DNA of 23,043 nucleotides from a virus (Duplodnaviria; Heunggongvirae; Uroviricota; Caudoviricetes): IMG/VR virus record IMGVR_UViG_3300045988_132558, positions 1 to 23,043 of that record; one strand, 5' to 3'. Shown piece by piece: positions 7,164 to 15,518 of this stretch (position 1 is its first letter; each line of letters starts with the position of its first letter). The notes under the pieces were generated by a model. It saw only the letters and a program-made list of their open reading frames with translations, ran no database searches and was not told where the DNA came from. The position numbers and the translations under genes were made by a program.

Positions 7164-7634
7164 TTATTCTTTGACGATAATGCTCGACTCTGCTGCTTCG
7201 CTATCTTTCTTGGCAGAAAGCTCAGCTTTCAACTTCGAAAGGAGAGATGCTTCCATTGCATTAAGTATTGATTCGGTTTCAGAGTTAAATCCAGTGAATT
7301 TGATAATGCGTTTCGTAACTTTTCCTTTTTCAGCGCTTGCTGCCAGACCGACATCGGTAGCGCTAACTTTCGCGCCTACGTCGCCCTTCAGCGAGTTGCC
7401 GTAATATTCTTCTATTTCGACAGTTTCAGAGATTAAAGTGCGTCTGGCGATGGCAAGTTCTTGCTCGATTTTTGAATAGGAATGTAGAGCCTCAGCTGTA
7501 ATCTCCTCGCTCTCTACTGGGAATGTAGGATTTCTGGTATCGCGAACACTAATATCTCTAACGTCAAAACCAATGATATTCGAGGTAGCAGTTGTTGCTG
7601 CGAGTTTGAGTATTGTCAAAACCAGTTCATTCAT
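7164..7634 (-). CDS. Hypothetical protein, 156 aa, no Cys, helical Lys/Glu-rich C-terminus (moron on opposite strand)
   Basis: ORF track 7164..7634 (-). GGAGG Shine-Dalgarno about 9 nt upstream of the ATG. Opposite orientation to the late operon in a visibly AT-rich segment (judged by eye, not computed). Confidence 0.5.
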   Translation of the reverse strand: MNELVLTILKLAATTATSNIIGFDVRDISVRDTRNPTFPVESEEITAEALHSYSKIEQELAIARRTLISETVEIEEYYGNSLKGDVGAKVSATDVGLAASAEKGKVTKRIIKFTGFNSETESILNAMEASLLSKLKAELSAKKDSEAAESSIIVKE

Positions 7635-7673
7635 TTTTAGCCTCCAGAGAATTGATTTAAGAATAACAAGTTA

Positions 7674-7853
7674 ATGAAAAATTCCAAATGGCAAACCGGG
7701 ACTGGGCTTGAACTTCAGAAGCGGTTCCTATCCGAGTACGTCAAATCATGTGTATCACCGAAAGAATGGTGTGACGCGCAGGGACTGAGCTTCGCAACAG
7801 CTCGCCGACGTATAAAAAACAACTGCGCAATGTGCCAAAGAGCTGGTGGCTGA
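7674..7853 (+). CDS. Short 59-aa ORF with an HTH-like segment; possibly a truncated remnant of a DNA-binding or small-terminase gene
   Basis: Manual translation: MKNSKWQTGTGLELQKRFLSEYVKSCVSPKEWCDAQGLSFATARRRIKNNCAMCQRAGG. The pattern KRFLSEY...GLSFATARR resembles N-terminal HTH regions of some phage small terminase subunits. Very tentative. Confidence 0.25.
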   Translation: MKNSKWQTGTGLELQKRFLSEYVKSCVSPKEWCDAQGLSFATARRRIKNNCAMCQRAGG

Positions 7854-7881
7854 TGAAAGAGACGCTTTACTTAAACGAGAG

Positions 7882-7905
7882 GCCGCCTTTTTGTTTTAAG
7901 GCGGC
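7882..7905. terminator. Stem-loop (8-bp perfect stem, 8-nt U-rich loop) between convergent ORFs; weak terminator candidate
   Basis: GCCGCCTT-tttgtttt-AAGGCGGC. No strong U-tract on either side, so terminator function is uncertain. Confidence 0.3.
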
Positions 7906-7919
7906 ACACATTCAACAGG

Positions 7920-8165
7920 TTAAGGTAACCGATTTGACCATTTAGTTGCACGCCAGTTGTTCTGAATCATAATCTCCTCAAGTATCTCATCTGAAGGCTC
8001 TGCTTCGCCGCTTAACCATTCTCTTAAAGTTGGACAATGTAGGTAAGAGGAGTTCGCACGATAAAAAGATACGATGGCGTCCTCTGATAACTTCTCAGGA
8101 AATTTTTTGGGGTCAGCTTCTTTTAATATTACGCTCATTAAGGCTTCGATTTTTTCTTTGTTCAT
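7920..8165 (-). CDS. Small acidic hypothetical protein, about 81 aa
   Basis: ORF track gives 7920..8483 (-) from a GTG; I prefer the internal ATG at 8165 (MNKEKIEALMSVILKEADPKK...) because the upstream extension is low-complexity and overlaps the putative cos region. No clear Shine-Dalgarno sequence. Confidence 0.35.
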   Translation of the reverse strand: MNKEKIEALMSVILKEADPKKFPEKLSEDAIVSFYRANSSYLHCPTLREWLSGEAEPSDEILEEIMIQNNWRATKWSNRLP

Positions 8166-8412
8166 TTTTTTTGTGTGCTCATGGTTGTTGCTTTTCTGTA
8201 AGAATATCAATAATTTCAAGATATATACACATAGGGAAAACTTTGTTCGGTAGTCTATCGATACAGCGCAAAAGGATGGCTCGCTGCCAAAGTGAAAGCT
8301 TACGCTGATAATGAGATACACAAAGCTGATGTATGCAAACAAGTACGCCGCGAGGCTACAGTCGAGTTTGATGAACCTGATGCGAGCCCCCGATTCCTGT
8401 CCTGAAAGGGAT

Positions 8413-8440
8413 ATAGCCCCCCTGGTCGCGGGTCCTTTCC
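8413..8440. other. Putative cos (cohesive-end) site
   Basis: GCCCCCCTGGTCGCGGGTCCTTTCC lies about 110 bp upstream of the Nu1-like gene and shares the TCGCGGGT core and context with my recollection of the lambda left end (GGGCGGCGACCTCGCGGGTTTTCGC). Inference by analogy. Confidence 0.3.
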
Positions 8441-8537
8441 GAAATTCAAAACACCGAGGGTCGGTAGACGCGCAAAAACTCACTCATTTTTAGTATTTTT
8501 TCATTTTGGGTATTTCCGGTTCCGGTGAGGATTTTTA

Positions 8538-9104
8538 ATGGCAAGTCAGGCTGAGGTCGCAGCACATTTACTGCTATCTGATCGTCGTCTGCGCGATCTT
8601 GCAAAACTTCCGGGAGCTCCAGTCCCCCAAGGACGTGGCGATTGGGAACTTGACGCATGGCGCCATTTTTATATTCGTTATCTCCGGAGCAATAGACGCG
8701 ACACAACTAGTAATGACGAACCGGAAGCGGGGGACAATTCTCCCGAAAAAAATCGCGAGCAGTGGCTGAAAAATGAGGAACGACAGGAGCGAATCCTGAT
8801 GGCACGAGTAAAACGCCGCATTCTCGCTAAACGCTACGCGCCAATTGAATTAATTAGCGTCGCTGTATCTCGCGTCGCCGTTGAATTACGTACCCGCGTC
8901 GAGTCGTGGCCACCACGATTGAAAAAGGTGTGGCCTGAAATGCCGCAGGAGGCGAGCAGTGTATTACGAGAGGAGCTGGCGATAGCCCTGAATGAACTGG
9001 CAGACATACGAGTCGACTTCAGCGATTACGATGTCAGCGATATCGAACGCGATCTCGACAGGGTTGAATCCCTTGCGCGTGACGATACCGATGACGGGGG
9101 TTGA
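8538..9104 (+). CDS. Terminase small subunit, lambda Nu1-like, 188 aa
   Basis: ORF track 8538..9104 (+). N-terminal winged-HTH-like region (RLRDLAKLPGAPVPQGRGDWELDAWRHFYIRYL) comparable to the Nu1 N-terminus; immediately upstream of and overlapping the gpA-like gene; Shine-Dalgarno GGTGAGGA. Confidence 0.6.
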   Translation: MASQAEVAAHLLLSDRRLRDLAKLPGAPVPQGRGDWELDAWRHFYIRYLRSNRRDTTSNDEPEAGDNSPEKNREQWLKNEERQERILMARVKRRILAKRYAPIELISVAVSRVAVELRTRVESWPPRLKKVWPEMPQEASSVLREELAIALNELADIRVDFSDYDVSDIERDLDRVESLARDDTDDGG

Positions 9105-10953
9105 GTGGGCTGATAAATATTTTTATCTCCCTGAGGGCTCCAGCCACATCGCTGGCCACTGGACGACTCAGCCGGTCCAGGTAGTGATGCTCAATATGAT
9201 GACTAACGACGCGATAAAAATCGTGTCTGTTCGCAAATCAGCTCGTCTCGGTTATACAAAAATACTCGTCGCGGCGCTGCTCTATTTCGCTGAGCACAAA
9301 AAACGTAGTGCCGTGGTCTATCAGCCTATTGATGACGAATCGGATGGATTTGTCGCCGACGAGGTTGACCCCGCTATCGCCGAAATGCCGGTGATTCAGA
9401 AAATTTTCCCCGACTGGGATAAAAGCAACGAGCGTAACAATCTCCAGCGTAAAGAAATGAACGGCGCGATTATTGATTTTCGCGGCGCGAGTACGCCAGG
9501 AAATTTCCGGCGACTAACGAAACAGGTTGTCGAGGGTGACGAAGTTGACGGCTGGCCGCTGGAAGTTGCCAAAAAAGGCAAAGGCGAGGGCTCGCCCATC
9601 GAACTGGCGCTCGTTCGAATTAAAGGGGCAGCGTACCCGAAGGCGATTTTCGGTTCGACACCGACAGTCACCGGTAAAAGTCATATCGAAATGTTGGAAG
9701 ACGCTGCTGATCTGACATTTCGTTTTTACCTGAAGTGTCCGCATTGTAGCGAGGAGCAGACCCTGGTATTTGGTTTCGACGGTATCGAATACGGTCTCAA
9801 GTGGGATGACAGCCTGCAGACCAACGAGTCGAAATCGTCGTCCGCGTATTACCAGTGCTGCCACTGCCCGGAGCATTTTTACTATCGCGATCTCGAAAAA
9901 ATGGAGCTCGGGGGGCGCTGGATAGCAGAGGACTGCACCTGGACGCGGGACGGCATTCATTTTTTTGATCACGACGGTGGCGTCGTTCGCGCGCCGAAAC
10001 ACGCGGCGATCGTGATAAACGCCCTGTATTCACTGAATCTCGACGGCTGGGGCGAGATTGTCAGCGAGTGGCTGAAAGCGAAAGGCGATCCGCTCAAAGA
10101 GAAGACGTTTCATAACACGACGCTCGGCGAACTCTGGAGCGACGTGGCCAGCGAGCAGCTGGAGCACGATATTCTCGTTAATCGCCGGGAACAATATGCC
10201 AGCCAGGTTCCTGACGGTGTTGTTTATATAACCGGCGGCATCGACTCTCAAACGTCCGGGCGCTACGAGTGTTACGTGTGGGGCTGGGGAGCGGAGGAAG
10301 AGTGCTGGCTGATTGATAAAACAATCGTCCTCGGTCGCTACGACGAGGAGGACACACTGCAGCGTGTTGATGGTGTTATTCGCAAACAATATCGGCGCAG
10401 TGACGGGACCACAATCGGCGTCAGTCGCTGGGCGTGGGATACCGGCGGCATAGATGCGCAGGTCGTTTATAACCGCTCGCTGAAACTCGGTCCGCTGTGG
10501 GTCATCCCAATTAAAGGCGCGAGCTCATACGGCCAGCCAGTCGTTAATATGCCGCGTACACGTAACGCGAATAAAGTTTATTTGTCGTTAATCGGTACTG
10601 ATACGGCAAAAGACCTGCTCGCGATGCGTCTGCCGCTGGAACCCGATTCTAAATCGGCGACACCAGGTGCGATTCATTTTCCCAACGACGTCGAAATATT
10701 CGGCACAACAGAGGCAAAACAGCTCGTTTCTGAAGTTCTGATCCCGAAACTGATTAACGGTCGCGTCGTTTATCGCTGGGACAACCAGGGCCGGCGAAAT
10801 GAGGCGCTCGACTGCTGGGTGTACGGGCTGGCAGCGCTGCGTATCAGTAAAATTCGTTTCCAGCTCAATCTCGAGACGCTCGCTGAGCAACGGAAAAAAT
10901 CACAAAACAAACTGTCTCTCGAGGAGATGGCCAGAATGCTCGGAGGGAGCTAA
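8992..10953 (+). CDS. Terminase large subunit, lambda gpA-like
   Basis: Long collinear similarity to lambda gpA as I recall it (VEWADKYFYLPEG, VKSARLGYTKIL, TPGNFR, CPHCSEEQ, GIDSQ...YECYVWGWG, VIPIKGAS, IGTDTAKD, RRNEALDCWVYGLAALRI). Start uncertain: the frame is open from within the Nu1-like gene and the ATGs at 8992, 9031 and 9091 all lack a clear Shine-Dalgarno sequence. Confidence 0.9.
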   Translation: MNWQTYESTSAITMSAISNAISTGLNPLRVTIPMTGVEWADKYFYLPEGSSHIAGHWTTQPVQVVMLNMMTNDAIKIVSVRKSARLGYTKILVAALLYFAEHKKRSAVVYQPIDDESDGFVADEVDPAIAEMPVIQKIFPDWDKSNERNNLQRKEMNGAIIDFRGASTPGNFRRLTKQVVEGDEVDGWPLEVAKKGKGEGSPIELALVRIKGAAYPKAIFGSTPTVTGKSHIEMLEDAADLTFRFYLKCPHCSEEQTLVFGFDGIEYGLKWDDSLQTNESKSSSAYYQCCHCPEHFYYRDLEKMELGGRWIAEDCTWTRDGIHFFDHDGGVVRAPKHAAIVINALYSLNLDGWGEIVSEWLKAKGDPLKEKTFHNTTLGELWSDVASEQLEHDILVNRREQYASQVPDGVVYITGGIDSQTSGRYECYVWGWGAEEECWLIDKTIVLGRYDEEDTLQRVDGVIRKQYRRSDGTTIGVSRWAWDTGGIDAQVVYNRSLKLGPLWVIPIKGASSYGQPVVNMPRTRNANKVYLSLIGTDTAKDLLAMRLPLEPDSKSATPGAIHFPNDVEIFGTTEAKQLVSEVLIPKLINGRVVYRWDNQGRRNEALDCWVYGLAALRISKIRFQLNLETLAEQRKKSQNKLSLEEMARMLGGS

Positions 10954-11186
10954 TGACGTCGCGCGAGGTTTTAACAGAACGGCTGCTGGAAGCCGAAATC
11001 GCCCTGCACAAACTATTAACAGGTAAATCAACCGTTTCGCTGTCTCACGGCGATTCAGCAGGAAATAACCGGAGCTATCAGTACTCCCAGGCGAGTATTG
11101 AGCAGCTCCGAACGTACATCATCGAGCTGAAATCACAGCTCGGTCTGAGTACGGGACGCCGCCGTCCCGTGGGAGTTCGATTATGA
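10953..11186 (+). CDS. Head-tail joining protein, lambda gpW-like, 77 aa
   Basis: Size, position between terminase and portal, and similarity to lambda W (LHKLLTGK..., C-terminal RRRP.G). Confidence 0.7.
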   Translation: MTSREVLTERLLEAEIALHKLLTGKSTVSLSHGDSAGNNRSYQYSQASIEQLRTYIIELKSQLGLSTGRRRPVGVRL

Positions 11187-12754
11187 CTGCTCAGCAGCTG
11201 CTCGGGCCTGACGGTAAAACGCCACTACGCCGTTACGCGGGGTATAACGGCGGCGGTCCCGGTTTCGGTGGCCAGCTGATTGACTGGAACGCACCACAGC
11301 AGAGCGCCGACGCAGCACTGCTGCCGAATTTTTATCGTGGTAACGCGCGAGCAGACGATCTCGTTCGCAATAACGGCGTCGCGTCGAACGCCGTGCAGCT
11401 GCACCAGGATCATATCGTCGGCAATCTGTTTAAACTGAGCTATCGCCCTAACTGGCGTTACCTCGGCATATCTCGCGAGGACGCCAGGGCGCTGGCGCGT
11501 GACGTCGAGGTAGCGTGGACTGAATACGCCGAGGACCCTCACTGCACTATTGATATCGAACGGAAACGGACGTTCACAATGATGATCCGCGAGGGTGTGG
11601 CCACTCACGCGTTTAACGGTGAAACCTGCGTACAACCAGTCTGGGAGAGTAGTGCCGGCAGCGTTTTTCGGACGCGATTCAAAATGGTCTCACCAAAACG
11701 AATTCGAAATCCGGGTTACGCAGCTGACACCCAATTTCGCCGCGCCGGTGTTGATATCGATAAAAACGGGGCCGCGGTCGGGTACTGGATAGCCGAGGAT
11801 ACCTACCCCCTCGGCGGAGTCGGTAAATGCCGGCGTATCCCAGCACAGCTCAGCAGCGGCAGGCATGCATTCATCCACATATTCGAGCCGCTCGAGGACG
11901 GACAGACCCGCGGGGACAACATTTTTTACAGCGTAATGGAACGCCTGAAAATGCTCGATACGCTGCAGCAAACACAGCTGCAGAGCGCGATTGTTAAGGC
12001 CATGTATGCCGCGACAATCGAATCAGAGCTCGACAGTCAGCAGGCGTTTGAATATATCGCCGGCGCGGGTACTGATATCGACTCGAACCCGCTGAATTCG
12101 TTTATCCAGAGTTACGTGACGTACTACAACGGCGCAAACATTAAACTCGGAGGCGTGAAGGTCCCCCACTTACATCCTGGCGATAAACTGAGTCTGCAGA
12201 CCGCTCAGAACGCTGACGCTGGTTTCAGTTCGCTGGAAAAATCACTCCTGCGTTACGTTGCCGCCGGCGTCGGCGCGTCATATGAAGAACTGAGCCGGGA
12301 CTACAGCCAGGTCAGTTACTCCAGCGCCCGGGCCAGCGCGAACGTGAGCTGGCGGTTTTTTATGGGCCGTCGACGTTTTATCGCCGCGAGACAAGCGTCG
12401 CTGATGTTTTTCTGCTGGTTTGAAGAGGCGCTGGCACGCGGAATTATCACCCTGCCACGCTCAGCGGTCCGGTCATTTTATGAGGCGCGGAACTCCTGGA
12501 CGAACGCGCTTTGGATAGGTGCAGGTCGCATGGCCATCGACGGACTGAAAGAGGTTCAGGAGAGTGCAATGCGTATCACAACTGGCCTCAGCACGTATCA
12601 GAACGAACTGGCGCTGCAGGGACAGGATTACGAGGAGGTTATGGAGCAACAGGAATACGAAATTCAGCGCCGGCGTGAAATGGGGTTGAGCGAGCCGTCC
12701 TGGTCTGTCTCTCATCCATCAAATACCAACGATAACGGCTGGGGAGGTAACTGA
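11183..12754 (+). CDS. Portal protein, lambda gpB-like, 523 aa
   Basis: Extensive similarity to lambda gpB from memory (LLGPDGKT, YAGYNGGGPGFGGQL, RGNARADDLVRNNG, ERKRTFTMMIREGVA, MVSPKRI, QTRGDN.FYSVME, LQSAIVKAMYAATIESELD, LLRY.AAG.G.SYE.LSR.Y). GGGAG Shine-Dalgarno. Confidence 0.9.
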   Translation: MTAQQLLGPDGKTPLRRYAGYNGGGPGFGGQLIDWNAPQQSADAALLPNFYRGNARADDLVRNNGVASNAVQLHQDHIVGNLFKLSYRPNWRYLGISREDARALARDVEVAWTEYAEDPHCTIDIERKRTFTMMIREGVATHAFNGETCVQPVWESSAGSVFRTRFKMVSPKRIRNPGYAADTQFRRAGVDIDKNGAAVGYWIAEDTYPLGGVGKCRRIPAQLSSGRHAFIHIFEPLEDGQTRGDNIFYSVMERLKMLDTLQQTQLQSAIVKAMYAATIESELDSQQAFEYIAGAGTDIDSNPLNSFIQSYVTYYNGANIKLGGVKVPHLHPGDKLSLQTAQNADAGFSSLEKSLLRYVAAGVGASYEELSRDYSQVSYSSARASANVSWRFFMGRRRFIAARQASLMFFCWFEEALARGIITLPRSAVRSFYEARNSWTNALWIGAGRMAIDGLKEVQESAMRITTGLSTYQNELALQGQDYEEVMEQQEYEIQRRREMGLSEPSWSVSHPSNTNDNGWGGN

Positions 12755-14061
12755 TGCCGTGGAACCATTTTCCGCATATCGCCGCCCGGGCGTTTAATCA
12801 ACCGCTTTTACTGGAACCCGTCTACGCACGGGTATTTTTTTCGGCGCTGAGCGACCGGTTCGGTACCGGGCGACTGATTGATACGGTGTCCGGAGAGGTA
12901 ATGAGCGGCGACGAAATGAACGCGCTCGCGATGAGCTGGGACGGCAGCGAGCGACCGCGCCAGAAAGCGTACCGCGTGGAGCGTGGTATAGCCGTGCTGC
13001 CGGTTACGGGGACGCTGGTTCATAAATTGGGTTATATCAATCCAGTCAGTGGAATGAGTGGTTATGACGGAATCGCAAAACGCCTGCAGCAGGCGATTTC
13101 TGATCCCGATGTCAGAGGGGTCCTGCTGGATATTGACTCCCCTGGCGGTGAGGTCGCCGGCGCGTTTGACACCGCTGATCTAATCGCCCGGGCGCGAGAG
13201 CAAAAACCGGTCTGGGCGCTGGCCAGCGATACGGCCTGCAGCGCCGCCTATTTGCTGGCGTCAGCGTGCTCGCGCCGGCTGATAACACAGACCGGCACGG
13301 TTGGTTCAATCGGTGTTCTGATGGCGCACCGTTGCGTCGAAAAGGCGCTGGAGATTGCCGGCGTTGACGTGACGCTGATTTACGCCGGCGCGCACAAAGT
13401 TGACGGGAACCCCTACTCACAGCTGCCAGACGACGTTCGCGACGAATTCCAGCTGAGTATTAACAGCACGCGCGAGCAGTTCGCGCAAAAAGTTTCGGAT
13501 TATACCGGGCTGAAAAAATCCAGGGTGCTAGCCACAGAGGCCGCAGTATTTATCGGCGCGGACGCGATTAAATCCGGTCTCGCTGATCAACTCGTTAATT
13601 ACGCGGACGCTATCGCAGTGATGGCCGACGCACTGAAACCAAAAATGGAGCGATTTATGCCAGGTACAGAAACCACGGCGGAGACCACGACCACAGAACA
13701 GACTGCGACCACGACTACGGTCGCGCCGGTTGAGTCCAACGCGGAACAGATTCGCGCGGACGCCGCATCGAGCGAACTGGCGCGCGTAATGGCCATTATC
13801 AACTGCCCCGAAGCTGCCGGTCGCGAAGCGCAGGCAAAAGCGCTCGCTGGCGTCCCCGGGATGACTGTCGAGCAGGCTCAGGTGGTCCTCGCGGCAGCAC
13901 CGCAAACGGCGCAGGCGCGGACAGAAACGGCGCTCGATACACTAATGAGCACTGAATCACCGGCGACTATTCAGGATGCCGGCAGCACCACGGCAACAGG
14001 AACAACCGCAAACGTCTCAATGCTCGTCGCTGCAGGGCGTTCAATTTTAGGGGATGAATAA
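12754..14061 (+). CDS. Prohead protease / minor capsid protein, lambda gpC-like (S49-type), 435 aa; may contain a nested Nu3-like scaffold frame
   Basis: Strong similarity to lambda gpC from memory (FNQPLLLEPVYARVFF, GIAVLPVTGTL, GMSGY.GI..RLQQA.SDP, KPVWALA, GS.HKVDGNPYS.LPDDVR, MAIINCPEA.GRE.QA.ALA..PGMTV, AAAPQTAQAR). GGAGG Shine-Dalgarno. Confidence 0.9.
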   Translation: MPWNHFPHIAARAFNQPLLLEPVYARVFFSALSDRFGTGRLIDTVSGEVMSGDEMNALAMSWDGSERPRQKAYRVERGIAVLPVTGTLVHKLGYINPVSGMSGYDGIAKRLQQAISDPDVRGVLLDIDSPGGEVAGAFDTADLIARAREQKPVWALASDTACSAAYLLASACSRRLITQTGTVGSIGVLMAHRCVEKALEIAGVDVTLIYAGAHKVDGNPYSQLPDDVRDEFQLSINSTREQFAQKVSDYTGLKKSRVLATEAAVFIGADAIKSGLADQLVNYADAIAVMADALKPKMERFMPGTETTAETTTTEQTATTTTVAPVESNAEQIRADAASSELARVMAIINCPEAAGREAQAKALAGVPGMTVEQAQVVLAAAPQTAQARTETALDTLMSTESPATIQDAGSTTATGTTANVSMLVAAGRSILGDE

Positions 14062-14390
14062 TGACCACAGAAACGTATAGCCCGGACGATTTTATTCTGG
14101 GACCCGATCTTGTTGTGACGACCGTCGGTCATTTTCAGGGCGGGATCAACGTGCCCCGGCTGACGCCGGTTATGGTCGACGCTACCGCCGGGACGTTTAA
14201 AATCTGGGACGGCTCAGTCGGTAAAGCGGTCGGCCTCACGGCCACTGCGGTTAATACTGGCGCAAGTACCGCAGACTGCTCGTACTACAAATCAGGATCG
14301 TTCCGTTATACGGCGATCAACTGGGGCACGGTTACCGATGTGGCTAAACGCAAATCAGCGTTTGCTGGTACGCCGATCAGCGTCGGCTGA
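14061..14390 (+). CDS. Head decoration protein, lambda gpD-like, 109 aa
   Basis: Position between gpC and gpE, size, and motifs shared with lambda D (IWDGS, YYKSGSFRY, KR.AFAGT.ISV). Confidence 0.75.
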   Translation: MTTETYSPDDFILGPDLVVTTVGHFQGGINVPRLTPVMVDATAGTFKIWDGSVGKAVGLTATAVNTGASTADCSYYKSGSFRYTAINWGTVTDVAKRKSAFAGTPISVG

Positions 14391-14411
14391 TAACCCAAAG
14401 AACTCAAAACA

Positions 14412-14434
14412 AGCCGCCTCCGGGCGGTTTTTTT
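14412..14434 (+). terminator. Rho-independent terminator between gpD-like and gpE-like genes
   Basis: Stem CCGCC-TCCG-GGCGG followed by TTTTTTT. Confidence 0.5.
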
Positions 14435-14449
14435 ATACAGGATATATAA

Positions 14450-15484
14450 ATGAGCGATTCGTTTACTACGTCAGAACTGATTACCGCGACACAACAGGTA
14501 TTTAAGTTCAATCCGTTGTTTTTAAGACTTTTTTTCCGTGAGACCTACACGTTTACAAGCGAAGAGGTTTTTCTGGATAAAATTCCGGGCAAGGTCAATA
14601 TGGCGGTATATTGCGCGCCGATGATCACAGGTAAAGTTGACCGCACTCGCGGTTATTCAACGAACCATTTCAAACCGGGTTATACGAAACCAAAGCACAC
14701 GCTCAACCCTAATATGAGCATCAAGCGCGCTGCTGGTGAGCAGATTGGCCAGCCTGAAACGCCGGTCGAACGTCGTGCAAAAATCATCATGCAGAATCTG
14801 CTCGACGAGGAGCTCAGCATCAGCCAGCTCGAAGAGTTCCAGGCGGTACAGGCTGTTCTGTACGGCAAATACACCGTTTCCGGCAGCAATATTGAGACCT
14901 ATGAGATCGACATGAGCCGCAGCGCGACGAATAACGTCACTCAGTCCGGTTCGACAGCCTGGTCGACTCAGGACGCGGAAACGTATGACCCGAGCGACGA
15001 TATTGAATCCTACGCGGACCTCGCCTCCGGTGCTGTTAACGTGATCATCATGGACGGTAAAGCCTGGAAGCAGCTTAAACGCTTTAAAAAATTCTGGACG
15101 GCACTGGATACGCGACGCGGCTCAAACAGCCAGCTTGAAGTCGCGCTGAAAAACCTGGGTGACGTTGTCAGCTTTAAAGGCTGCTACGGCGACACGGCGC
15201 TGTTTGTCTACAAAGGGCAATACATCGACCCGGTAACAGGCACTGAAACGCGTTATATGCCGGATAACACGATGATCCTTGGCAACACAAAAAACCGCGG
15301 GCTCCGCACTTATGGCGCAATTCAGGACGAAGACGCGCTGAAAGAGGGTATTTGCGAAGCGACGCGCTATCCAAAAGTCTGGACCACTACCGGTGATCCG
15401 GCAGTGACGCAAACAATGACGCAATCCGCGCCAGCAATGGTCCTCACGGACGCCGACGCGTTCGTTGTCGTAAAAATCGCGTAA
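14450..15484 (+). CDS. Major capsid protein, lambda gpE-like, 344 aa
   Basis: Near-collinear similarity to lambda gpE from memory (KFKFNPLFLRLFFRE, IPGKVNMA, KPGYTKPKH, IIMQN..DEEL, TQSG.T.WS, TYDP.DDIE.YA, LDTRRGSNS.LE, LPDNTM.LGNT..RGLRTYG.IQD, ARYPK.WTTTGDPA). Confidence 0.92.
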   Translation: MSDSFTTSELITATQQVFKFNPLFLRLFFRETYTFTSEEVFLDKIPGKVNMAVYCAPMITGKVDRTRGYSTNHFKPGYTKPKHTLNPNMSIKRAAGEQIGQPETPVERRAKIIMQNLLDEELSISQLEEFQAVQAVLYGKYTVSGSNIETYEIDMSRSATNNVTQSGSTAWSTQDAETYDPSDDIESYADLASGAVNVIIMDGKAWKQLKRFKKFWTALDTRRGSNSQLEVALKNLGDVVSFKGCYGDTALFVYKGQYIDPVTGTETRYMPDNTMILGNTKNRGLRTYGAIQDEDALKEGICEATRYPKVWTTTGDPAVTQTMTQSAPAMVLTDADAFVVVKIA

Positions 15485-15506
15485 GAGCCGAAAGGCTCTT
15501 TTTTGT
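15485..15506 (+). terminator. Rho-independent terminator after the major capsid gene
   Basis: Stem AGAGCC-GAAA-GGCTCT followed by TTTTTT. Confidence 0.6.
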
Positions 15507-15518
15507 TAAGGAATCAAC

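Noticed and set aside
7084-7404. 106-aa + strand ORF
   Set aside because: Spans the bidirectional terminator at 7101-7121 and is antisense to the better-supported 7164..7634 gene.
7920-8483. Extended 187-aa version of the - strand ORF, starting at a GTG at 8483
   Set aside because: The N-terminal extension is low-complexity, lacks a ribosome-binding site, and runs through the GC-rich segment proposed as cos; the internal ATG at 8165 was preferred, with low confidence.
8300-8537. Possible tRNA or small RNA gene in the GC-rich segment upstream of the small terminase
   Set aside because: No cloverleaf elements (no T-loop GTTCRANYC-like sequence, no acceptor/anticodon stem arrangement) could be traced by eye; a cos site explains the segment better.
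9514-10389. Several 78-162 aa - strand ORFs (9396..9671, 9514..10002, 9797..10033, 10030..10389)
   Set aside because: All are antisense to the terminase large-subunit gene, whose identity is strongly supported; typical spurious frames in GC-rich coding DNA.
11225-13905. - strand ORFs of 65-136 aa (11225..11635, 11690..11971, 12473..12715, 13112..13420, 13528..13905)
   Set aside because: Antisense to the portal and gpC-like genes; Arg/Ser/Pro-rich translations characteristic of wrong-frame reading.
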